The notes under the pieces: model-generated
Database searches by the model: none
Seen by the model: only the letters and a program-made list of their open reading frames with translations
What the model was told of the DNA's origin: nothing
Assembly: GCA_029858565.1 (NCBI GenBank)
Contig: JAOUEV010000031.1
Span: 1-40,532 of the forward strand
DNA: 40,532 nucleotides
Source: Nitrospirota bacterium
GTDB taxonomy: Bacteria; Nitrospirota; UBA9217
Reading direction: 5' to 3'
Translations under genes and position numbers: made by a program
Shown here: positions 17,258-25,135 of the stretch, piece after piece
Position numbering within the stretch: position 1 is the stretch's first letter
How the letters are laid out: each line of letters opens with the position of its first letter

Positions 17258-18259
17258 TCAGAGGCTCCAAAGCGCCGCTGCTGCCGCGGCCAGCGCAGTT
17301 GCCATAATCGACGCCAGGGACGCCAATAGCAATGCTGTCCTGGCAGACTCCTGATAGTCAGAGTTGCCGGCGTCTCCGATCCAGGGTTTTTCAACAAGAA
17401 TGCCGCCATAAGTCGATGGCCCGCCGAACCGCACTCGCAACGCTCCTGCCATGGCTGCCTCAGGCACGCCGCTGTTCGGGCTTGTATGGTTTCTGCCGTC
17501 GCGACGCATGATTGCATAAGCGTGGCACATCTCACCAAAGACGCTGCCGGGTTTCTTCACGAGCCCATAGGCAAATACCGCTGCCACGATAAGAAAGCCC
17601 GTTATCCGCGCTGGGATATAGTTCGCCGCATCGTCCAGCCTGGCCGCTGCCCGGCCGAAATTCAGGTACCGCGCATTCTTGTATCCTACCATGGAGTCGA
17701 GCGTGTTCACTGCCTTATACGCCAGGGCAAGCGGAAGACCGCCGAGAGCCAGATAAAAAAGCGGCGCGACCACGCCGTCCGAAAGATTCTCAGCAAGCGA
17801 CTCGATCGCAGCCTTCAGCACGCCCTGTTCATTCAGGGTTTTCGTGTCCCTGCCAACGATCATGCTGACGTTCCTACGTCCGGCCTCAAGGTCGCCGGTG
17901 CCGATCGCATCAACGACGCCTTTTACCGACGAGATCAATTCCCGCGCCGCAATCGTCTGGGCAATCAGGAATACAAGGACCAGCGGTCCGATAACGGTCA
18001 TCCCTGCGGCAGCAGTCCTGTTCAGGAAATCAGTTGCCAGCGCTGCCAATAGATAGACCGGAAGAACAATGACAAGGACCAAAACCACACCGGCCAGACG
18101 TTCCCCTCGCGGCGTAGAACAAAACCGGCGAAGCGCATTTTCGCAGGCGCTGATGGCCCGTCCGATGAACCTCACCGGATGGGGCAGCCAGGCAGGATCG
18201 CCGATCAGAAGATCGAGCGCACCGGCCAAAAGCACCTGTGTTGCGGTGACCGGAATCAC
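17258..18259 (-). CDS. cbiB: Adenosylcobinamide-phosphate synthase
   Basis: LDLLIGDP..PHPV, IVGRDT, ESLAENLSDGVVAP, NTLDSMVGY and SPNSGVPEAA. The GTG start overlaps the cbiP stop. Confidence 0.95.
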   Translation of the reverse strand: MIPVTATQVLLAGALDLLIGDPAWLPHPVRFIGRAISACENALRRFCSTPRGERLAGVVLVLVIVLPVYLLAALATDFLNRTAAAGMTVIGPLVLVFLIAQTIAARELISSVKGVVDAIGTGDLEAGRRNVSMIVGRDTKTLNEQGVLKAAIESLAENLSDGVVAPLFYLALGGLPLALAYKAVNTLDSMVGYKNARYLNFGRAAARLDDAANYIPARITGFLIVAAVFAYGLVKKPGSVFGEMCHAYAIMRRDGRNHTSPNSGVPEAAMAGALRVRFGGPSTYGGILVEKPWIGDAGNSDYQESARTALLLASLASIMATALAAAAAALWSL

Positions 18260-19767
18260 AGGAGTCCCTCGATGAATTCCAAGTCCACGTGCTGCCGAAA
18301 TACATCTGCCAGCCGGTCAAGAGCGCTCTCGATACTAGCCCCATAATTTACTCCACTCTCGAACGGAGCCAGTCCTTTCCGCACACGGACCTGATTGAGA
18401 ACACCGCGCCGGAACGCGTCATTGTCGAATATCCCGTGCAGATAAGTCCCCCAGCAATTATTGTTCATGGAACCGTCGAGAACAATCGCGGAATCTCCAT
18501 CTGACCTTTTGATCTTGAAAAGACCGATTTCTCCGATGCTCGTCCCCATATGAATCTCATAACCTGCAATCGGAGATTCGCTGTTCCAATCCGCAATCCG
18601 CAATCCGCAATCCGCAATCAAATGCGCTTCCGACCAGCAGGTTATCTTCTCTTTATCGAACCTCGTCTCGATGTTCAGGAGACCTATGGCGTCCATGCTC
18701 CGGTGTTCGCTCTCGACGCCGTGGTGATCGTCAATCCGTTTCCCGAGCATCTGATAGCCGCCGCAGATGCCGATGATCTGCGTACCCTTGGCAAATGCCC
18801 GCCGGATAGATTCGTCCAGATGCTGTTCCTTAAGCTGCAGCAGATCGGCAACCGTATTCTTCGATCCCGGCAGAATGGCCAGGTCGGCATTCTCGATATC
18901 CTCGGATCGGTCGGAATATTGGAGCATGGCATCCGGTTCCAGCATAAAGGGATCAAAGTCCGTAAAGTTCGAAATTGATTTCAACCGAACCACTACGATC
19001 CTTACCGCTTTACTTTCCGCACTCCGCACTCCGTACTCCGCACTCCGTGCCAACGCCAGCCCGTCCTCCTCCGGCAGCCCCATATTGGTGATATAAGGAA
19101 GCACGCCGATCACGGGCTTGCCGGTCTTTTCGCGGATCATGTCCAGCCCTGGATCAAGGATCGCTTTATCGCCGCGAAACTTATTGATAATAAATGCCTT
19201 GATACGATTGCTATCCCGCCCGACCAGTTTGACCGTGCCGTAGAGCGATGCGAACACGCCGCCCTTGTCGATATCGCCGACCAGCAGCACAGGCGCTTTC
19301 GCATGCCGTGCCATGGACATGTTCACAATGTCCACATCTGCCAGGTTGATCTCCGCCGGACTGCCTGCGCCTTCCATGATAATAAGATCGTGCTTCGCAG
19401 CAAGCCGTTTATAGGATGTCTTTACGGTCTTCCACGCCTCGTCACGAAACGCATAGTAATCCCGTGCCTGCATGGTTGCATGGACCTTGCCCCGCAGGAT
19501 CACCTGGGAACCGCGCTCACCCGCTGTTTTAAGCAGCACCGGATTCATATCCACCGACGGTTCGAGACCGCAGGCGCGCGCCTGGAGCACCTGCGCACGA
19601 CCGATCTCTCCCCCTTCGATTGCGATGGCAGAATTAAGAGCCATGTTCTGCGCCTTGAAGGGCGCGACATTCATGCCCCTGTCCCGGAATATCCGGCAGA
19701 GCGCGGCGACGAGAAGGCTCTTGCCCGCTCCGGAACCGGTGCCTTGTATCATTAACGCTTTGCTCAA
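18256..19767 (-). CDS. cbiP: Cobyric acid synthase (CbiP/CobQ)
   Basis: MIQGTGSGAGKS, FKAQNM, EGAGSPAEINL, SNFTDFDP, GICGGYQMLG, GYEIHMG and GTYLHG. Probable TTG start at 19767. Confidence 0.96.
   Translation of the reverse strand: MSKALMIQGTGSGAGKSLLVAALCRIFRDRGMNVAPFKAQNMALNSAIAIEGGEIGRAQVLQARACGLEPSVDMNPVLLKTAGERGSQVILRGKVHATMQARDYYAFRDEAWKTVKTSYKRLAAKHDLIIMEGAGSPAEINLADVDIVNMSMARHAKAPVLLVGDIDKGGVFASLYGTVKLVGRDSNRIKAFIINKFRGDKAILDPGLDMIREKTGKPVIGVLPYITNMGLPEEDGLALARSAEYGVRSAESKAVRIVVVRLKSISNFTDFDPFMLEPDAMLQYSDRSEDIENADLAILPGSKNTVADLLQLKEQHLDESIRRAFAKGTQIIGICGGYQMLGKRIDDHHGVESEHRSMDAIGLLNIETRFDKEKITCWSEAHLIADCGLRIADWNSESPIAGYEIHMGTSIGEIGLFKIKRSDGDSAIVLDGSMNNNCWGTYLHGIFDNDAFRRGVLNQVRVRKGLAPFESGVNYGASIESALDRLADVFRQHVDLEFIEGLL
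18587..18619. repeat. In-frame heptamer array (CAATCCG x4.7) in the CbiP GATase domain (LIADCGLRIADW)
   Basis: caatccg x4 perfect, then caatc. Confidence 0.92.
19013..19047. repeat. In-frame heptamer array, family A, at the CbiP synthase/GATase junction (ARSAEYGVRSAES)
   Basis: ctttccg cactccg cactccg tactccg cactccg. Confidence 0.9.
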
Positions 19768-19904
19768 TTTCTGTTTTCCTCTACACAAAACAATGTTAAC
19801 CACGGGCGGCTGCGCCGCACACGGACAAGTTCAAAATTAGTCATTTTTGATTCCATCTGTGTGTCATGACAAAGTCATGACCCGTGGTTCCCAAGTTTTT
19901 TCTG

Positions 19905-20975
19905 TTACTGCACCGGCTGTTCAGCGTTCTTTTCCGACACCCCTGCTGATGAAAACGTCGCCATCTCGCTTAGAATGCGCAGGCTTGCCTCGACCAGCGA
20001 AATCCCGAGTGCCGCGCCGGTACCTTCGCCGAGCCGCAGGTTCAGGTCCAGAAGCGGCCGCTGTTCCAGGCGCTCCAGCATCTTCCGGTGGCCGATCTCG
20101 ACCGATTGATGGGCAGCGATGATGTAATCTTTCACCGCGGGACAGAGTTCCGCTGCGATCAACGCGCCGGCAGTTGAGATGAAACCGTCCACAACGACCG
20201 GGATTCTGTACAGCGCAGCTCCGAGAACCAGTCCTGCAATCCCGCCGATCTCGTATCCTCCCACCTTGGCCAGCACATCAAGGGCGTCTTTTCGATCCGG
20301 CTGGTTCAGTTGAATTGCTTTTCTGATCGTCGCGACCTTGCTTTTAAGTCCTGCGTCGTCGATACCGGTGCCCCTGCCCGTTACCAGTTCGGGATCTGTT
20401 CCCGTGATCACCGATACGATTGCAGATGACGGCGTGGTATTACCGATGCCCATGTCGCCGGTCCCGATGATGTCCAGACCTTCGCGGTACTTTTCCACCA
20501 AACCCACGCCCGCCAGGATTGATTCTTCAGCCTGTTCCCGCGTCATGGCCGGACCAACAGCCATGTTTGCCGTACCTTTGGCGATCTTCCGTATCTCCAA
20601 TCCTTCGGCAGGCTCGAAATCATGGTCAACACCCATGTCCACCACGATCACCCGGGCGCCCGCATGGCTGGCGAGCACATTCACGCCCGCGCCGCCGCGC
20701 AGGAAGTTGTAGACCATCTGTGGGGTCACTGCAGCCGGGAACGCACTCACGCCCTCCGTCGTCACGCCGTGATCTCCCGCGCAGGTGAAGATGATCTTCT
20801 TTTTGATTACCGGCTTGTCCTTGCCGGTAATCAGGCAATACCGCTTGGCCAGCTCTTCGAGGCGGCCCAAGCTTCCCTGCGGCTTGGTCAGGTCGTCGAG
20901 CTGTGCCTGAATCGCGTTCGTTCGCGAGCCGTCAACGGGCTTGATATGTGCAATGACTTCTTTCAATGTTTTCAT
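19905..20975 (-). CDS. cobT: Nicotinate-nucleotide:benzimidazole phosphoribosyltransferase
   Basis: LTKPQGSLGRLE, DHGV, GDMGIGNTT, VVVDGFI and LRLGEGTGAAL. ATG at 20975 with an AAAGGAG RBS. Confidence 0.96.
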   Translation of the reverse strand: MKTLKEVIAHIKPVDGSRTNAIQAQLDDLTKPQGSLGRLEELAKRYCLITGKDKPVIKKKIIFTCAGDHGVTTEGVSAFPAAVTPQMVYNFLRGGAGVNVLASHAGARVIVVDMGVDHDFEPAEGLEIRKIAKGTANMAVGPAMTREQAEESILAGVGLVEKYREGLDIIGTGDMGIGNTTPSSAIVSVITGTDPELVTGRGTGIDDAGLKSKVATIRKAIQLNQPDRKDALDVLAKVGGYEIGGIAGLVLGAALYRIPVVVDGFISTAGALIAAELCPAVKDYIIAAHQSVEIGHRKMLERLEQRPLLDLNLRLGEGTGAALGISLVEASLRILSEMATFSSAGVSEKNAEQPVQ

Positions 20976-21016
20976 TTTTATCTCCTTTAGGATATTCGAT
21001 TCGTTTTTTATCGGCA

Positions 21017-22327
21017 TCAGAGCTTCCCGCTTGCCTGCAGATCTTCGGAAAACAGCTTGGCAGCGCCTTTCGCAGCGCAGAAACTCCCGCACATGGTGCA
21101 GGAATCCTCGTGCTCGGGCATGCGGCTTTTACGGATCGCCTTTGCTTCTTCAGGATAGAGCGCGAGTTCGAACTGTTTCCCCCAGTCGAGATCCCTCCTC
21201 GCCTTGCTCATCTCCCGGTCCCGCTCCCTGCCCTTTTCAGGGTACTTGTTCATATCGCCGATATAGGCCGCGATCTTTGCCGCCTGCACACCCTGGCGCA
21301 CGTCCTCCTCATTCGGCAGCGCCAGGTGCTCTGCCGGGGTTATATAGCAGATCAGGTCGGCGCCGAAGCGGCTTGACTGGGCTGCGCCGATGGCCGCGGT
21401 GATATGGTCGAACCCCGGTGCAACATCGGTTGAGATGGGCCCGAGCATATAGTAAGGAGCTCCATTGCTCATCCGTTTCTGGAGCTGGATGTTTCCCTCG
21501 ATCTCGTCGAGCGGCACATGGCCGGGACCTTCCACCAGCATCTGACATCCCATTTCCCTGCCGATCTCCGCGAGTTCGCAGTTGATGACCAGTTCCTGGA
21601 TCTGCGCCCGGTCGGATGAATCATGGATCGCCCCTGCCCTGAGGCCGTTGCCGAGGGACAGAACTACGTCGTATTTTTTCAGGATCGAGACGACGCGGTC
21701 GAATTTCTCATACAGGGGGTTTTCCCGATTATTGGCAAGCATCCATGCCACCATGCCGACCCCGCCCTTGCTCACCAGACCGCCATACCGGTATCCCTGC
21801 TTCCGCAGACGCTCGATGGTGTAGAGATTGATGCCGCAGTGAATCGCCATGAAGGCTATGCCGTCTGCGCACTGCTGTTCGATCAGGTCGAACAGCATCT
21901 CCTCGTCGAGCTTGTTCGGATCTCCGTATTTCCGTCCTGCCTCGCAGAACGCCTGGTACAACGGGACGTTCCCGACCGGCAGGTCCACGGCAGCCAGCAC
22001 CTCGCGCCGTACACGGTCCAGGTCTCCACCGACAGAAAGTTCCATGAGCGTGTCCGCGCCGGCCGCTTCGGCGATCTTTGCCTTCCGGACCTCCGCAGAG
22101 TAATCGACGATGTCCGAAGATGTCCCGATCGAGGCATTTATCTTGGTGCGAAGTCCCTTTCCGATACCGACAGCTTTCGGTTTCCTGAAAACGTTCCCGG
22201 GAATAACGACTTTCCCTTCTGCAATCATGGTCCTGATGAAATCCGTTGATACGTCTTCCGCAGCAGCGACATCCGCCATCTGCGGCGTAATCAGCCCGCT
22301 GCGGGCACACTCGATCTGAGTTGTCAT
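21017..22327 (-). CDS. bzaF: ThiC-family radical SAM enzyme, most likely the 5-hydroxybenzimidazole synthase BzaF
   Basis: ThiC fold (TKINASIGTS, GADTLMELS, VEGPGHVP, C-terminal CTMCGSFC). It is the first gene under B12 riboswitches and is adjacent to cobT, the context that defines bza genes. Confidence 0.8.
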   Translation of the reverse strand: MTTQIECARSGLITPQMADVAAAEDVSTDFIRTMIAEGKVVIPGNVFRKPKAVGIGKGLRTKINASIGTSSDIVDYSAEVRKAKIAEAAGADTLMELSVGGDLDRVRREVLAAVDLPVGNVPLYQAFCEAGRKYGDPNKLDEEMLFDLIEQQCADGIAFMAIHCGINLYTIERLRKQGYRYGGLVSKGGVGMVAWMLANNRENPLYEKFDRVVSILKKYDVVLSLGNGLRAGAIHDSSDRAQIQELVINCELAEIGREMGCQMLVEGPGHVPLDEIEGNIQLQKRMSNGAPYYMLGPISTDVAPGFDHITAAIGAAQSSRFGADLICYITPAEHLALPNEEDVRQGVQAAKIAAYIGDMNKYPEKGRERDREMSKARRDLDWGKQFELALYPEEAKAIRKSRMPEHEDSCTMCGSFCAAKGAAKLFSEDLQASGKL

Positions 22328-22468
22328 AGGTCCGCTCCTTGCGCATATGCGCGATACTGCATGAGACCGCGCATTCCTTTTTCTCGCCGGCCAATTGTAT
22401 CGTGCGGCGCCTATGACGACCGTGTGAATACTGAAATGATCATACGAGACTCCTTTTACGCGAAGATC

Positions 22469-22650
22469 GGAATAAGACGTCTCCTGGCTTAGGACAACCT
22501 ACTTGCCGGCCTTCCCATCCCTGCACGGACAGTGGCATAAAGATCAACGAGTCGTTTGCAACTTGTCTCTCGTCGCTGATCCTCGGCTTTCGTTTCCATC
22601 ACAGTTGCGCGACAGCAGGGGAATCGCACCCCTTTCCGTTCTCTTATTCC
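22469..22650 (-). promoter_or_regulatory. Cobalamin riboswitch 2 (proximal)
   Basis: P1 GGAAUAAGA/UCUUAUUCC, AGGGGUGCGAUUCCCCU, CAACUGUG, GCCACUG, UGGGAAGGC and B12 box AGCCAGGAGAC. Confidence 0.9.
22562..22583. repeat. Family-B heptamer remnant inside the variable stem of riboswitch 2
   Basis: c ttgtctc tcgtcgc tgatcct; positions 22562-22574 are the exact reverse complement of 14061-14073. Confidence 0.55.
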
Positions 22651-22672
22651 TCCGTTTCATTACAATTTTTTG

Positions 22673-22712
22673 AAAACAAAAAATCCCCGGTCTTCTGGAG
22701 AGGACCGGGGAT
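22673..22712 (-). terminator. Intrinsic terminator, the expression platform of riboswitch 1
   Basis: Hairpin AUCCCCGGUCCUCU-CC-AGAAGACCGGGGAU followed by UUUUUGUUUU on the minus strand. Confidence 0.85.
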
Positions 22713-22767
22713 GAAAGATGATGCTATCAGCCCACACATCGTCTTAACGCCGAAGACCGTGCGAGAA

Positions 22768-22930
22768 ACATCAAGACAGGTCTTCTGGCTTTCCCTCCTC
22801 TGCCGGCCTTCCCAATTGATCTTCAATCAGTGGCTAACGTCGGCAGAGGCATTGACCCCGCTTTCGCGGGACCGGGATCACAGCGGCGGGTCCGCTCCCG
22901 ATTTGCACGGGATTCCCTTCGCCTTGATGT
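22768..22930 (-). promoter_or_regulatory. Cobalamin riboswitch 1 (distal)
   Basis: P1 ACAUCAAGG/UCUUGAUGU, AAGGGAAUCCCGUGCAAAUCGGG, CCCGCCGCUGUG, GCCACUG, UGGGAAGGC and B12 box AGCCAGAAGACCUG. Confidence 0.93.
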
Positions 22931-22953
22931 GTCAGCTATTCAATTGTGTTCGT

Positions 22954-22982
22954 TTTATACCACGGCAGGCAGGGCAAGTCAA
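22954..22982 (-). promoter_or_regulatory. Sigma70 promoter of the cobamide operon
   Basis: TTGACT-17 bp-TATAAA with a TG extended -10, 24 nt upstream of riboswitch 1. Confidence 0.8.
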
Positions 22983-23005
22983 AGGGAATTCTCCCGCCAG
23001 CCGGA

Positions 23006-24352
23006 TCAGGGCTTCTGGAACGGGAGCATGAGGTCGCGGGCACGCTTGCATGCCATTGCTGCGGCAGCGGTCATTTTCTGCTCGCTGTCGATGTTCTTGT
23101 CCGGCAGACCAGCCACACCGATGCTCATGGTCACCTTCGTGGAATCGGGCCAAGTAAAAGGATGGTTCGCCACGACCTCGAGAATGCGCGCGGCTGCCTG
23201 TACCGCGTCGTTCCTGAGCGTGTTCGGGAGCATTACCACGAGCGCGTCCCCGGTCCACCACGCAGCCGTGTCCACCTCGCGGATCGTGCTCTGCACCAGT
23301 TTGATGATCGCCTTTACGAGCTTTTCGTCTGCCACCCGTCCCATGGATTTGCCGTCCAGGTCGATCATCATGCAGCTCATCTGCTGCTTGAAGCGCACGC
23401 TGCGCTTAAACTCCTTGGAGAACATGGCCTCGAACTGCAAACGGGTGAACAATCCGGTCGAGGCATCAACGACTTCTGCCATGGTCCCCATGTGGGAAGG
23501 ATCAGATGGAGTTGGTTTGGCAATTGGCTTTCTATCCCCTGCCGGCGCGTGTGCAAGCGCAGGCGATGCTGGTTGCGTTCTCGCGGCCTGAGGCTTCGCT
23601 GCAGGTTTCGCGGCCGGAAAGGTCTGCGCTGGGCGTGATGGGCCGGATGCCGCGCCGTCCGGCGATGTCCCCGAACCGCCCTTCTGCGGATGCGGCTGTT
23701 CCGGCTGGGGACGCAATACCTGCGATGTGATCGGCGTTGACCGAGGGTCCCAGTCAGGCATGTTCACTTCAGCGGCAACGGGCGCCTCCCGTGGCCGAAA
23801 TTTCGCAACTGCCTGCGGGGCTGCCTCCTGCAATGGTTTCAGCTGCGCATTGATCCTTGCTCCACCCTCGGCCTCTGATTCTGATGCGGCAGTTTCAGCG
23901 AGAGAGGCGGCCTTATTCACAGCAACCGCCCTCAGCATGGACATGATCCTGTCGTCAAGCTCGTTCTCGGTAAAGGGCTTCGCGAGATAATCATCAGGCC
24001 CTGCCGGCGGCCGGTTAAAGGACTCCGGTGCGGAGCCGCGGGCCGTGAGCAGGATGATCGGGATGTTCTTCGTTTCATCGCGCGACCGGAACCTTCTGCA
24101 AAGGTCGCTGCCTTCGATATCCGGAAGCGCAAAATCCATCAGGATCATGTTCACGGCCTGGTTCTTCGCAGCCATGAGCGCCGACATGCCGGACCCGGCC
24201 CAGACCACGTCGTAACCCGAATGTTCGAGAAAACGGCGTGTGCCGTTGCCCTGGGTCTGGGCGCTCTGTACGAGCAATACCTTCGCCTTAGGTGTTATGG
24301 CAGTTGTGTTCGTCATGATGCAACTTACAGGGGCATTTTTATTGTAGTCCAC
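23006..24352 (-). CDS. Atypical response regulator: receiver domain, Pro/Ala-rich linker, degenerate GGDEF domain
   Basis: REC (MILMDFALPDIEG, IPIILLTA, DDYLAKPF). GGDEF-like D.STGLFTR...MMIDLD...AAWWTGDALVVMLP...TMSIGVA. Start uncertain. Confidence 0.8.
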   Translation of the reverse strand: MDYNKNAPVSCIMTNTTAITPKAKVLLVQSAQTQGNGTRRFLEHSGYDVVWAGSGMSALMAAKNQAVNMILMDFALPDIEGSDLCRRFRSRDETKNIPIILLTARGSAPESFNRPPAGPDDYLAKPFTENELDDRIMSMLRAVAVNKAASLAETAASESEAEGGARINAQLKPLQEAAPQAVAKFRPREAPVAAEVNMPDWDPRSTPITSQVLRPQPEQPHPQKGGSGTSPDGAASGPSRPAQTFPAAKPAAKPQAARTQPASPALAHAPAGDRKPIAKPTPSDPSHMGTMAEVVDASTGLFTRLQFEAMFSKEFKRSVRFKQQMSCMMIDLDGKSMGRVADEKLVKAIIKLVQSTIREVDTAAWWTGDALVVMLPNTLRNDAVQAAARILEVVANHPFTWPDSTKVTMSIGVAGLPDKNIDSEQKMTAAAAMACKRARDLMLPFQKP

Positions 24353-24555
24353 GGCGCAAGCAACGAGCGCTTCCTGGCCCTATTCCTTGTGAGAACTGTC
24401 CGAAACCTGTCGTTCTATATACGAAATGAGCAAGGGCCAGAAATAAAATCGATGAGTGCTGACAAGAGGTCTTTCTGAAATTTAGACGATATGCACAAAA
24501 GCGCCCGATGCCGACCGCTCGTCGCAACATATTCCCGCCTGTCTGATCAGTAGTC

Positions 24556-24924
24556 CTATTGCATCGGTTCGGGGTCGGTCATATCAGCCCCGTCGATCAT
24601 CATGGCGATTTCGTAAGGCACAAAAGGTTTCTGGCGGAAATCGTTGGCCCCGGCCCGAAGGAAATCCTCACTGCAGTCAATGCCGCTGATCCCGATGATG
24701 ATCGTGCGGGGCATGACCGCGCGGATCGCCTGGGTAAGCGTGATCCCGTCCGTGTCCGGCATTTCAAAGTCAGTGATGACAAATCCGAAAGGCTCCTTCC
24801 GGATATGCTCCATGGCCTCGCAGGCGGTCCCGCAGGACACGACCTCATATCCGTAGGATTCGAGCGCGTATTCCAGGCAATGCCTGACGTCTTCACAGTC
24901 ATCAATGACCAATATTCTCGACAT
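24556..24924 (-). CDS. Single-domain (CheY-like) response regulator
   Basis: MSRILVIDD, ITDFEMPDTDG, IIGISG and AGANDFRQKPF. Confidence 0.85.
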   Translation of the reverse strand: MSRILVIDDCEDVRHCLEYALESYGYEVVSCGTACEAMEHIRKEPFGFVITDFEMPDTDGITLTQAIRAVMPRTIIIGISGIDCSEDFLRAGANDFRQKPFVPYEIAMMIDGADMTDPEPMQ

Positions 24925-25135
24925 ATCATCATACCTATCCCGCACGCAACAGGCGGTACCTTGTCTTGATAGTATATTTTGACTGTCCCGTCCGGTATCC
25001 ATGTGGTCACGCCGAACGACTTCTTTTTTGTTTGCAACAATTTATACTGTTATAGTTTAAGTCAAATATCTGTCTTTTGCAATCATCACGAAGGGGTATT
25101 TTTGGGGTATGGGGAGAAGGAACAAAATGCAGATA

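Noticed and set aside
6361-19047. Heptamer arrays as CRISPR repeats or insertion sequences
   Set aside because: No spacers, cas genes, terminal inverted repeats, target duplications or transposase. The arrays are simple tandem 7-mers.
9272-21092. Extended N-termini in the ORF track (cbiET 10609, cbiO 13063, cbiX 15989, cbiP 19803, cobT 21092)
   Set aside because: Most overlap upstream genes or lack an RBS. Downstream starts match family N-termini and generally have better RBS context.
21017-22327. Annotation as thiamine biosynthesis thiC
   Set aside because: It sits under cobalamin rather than TPP riboswitches and next to cobT, with no other thi genes. bzaF fits better.
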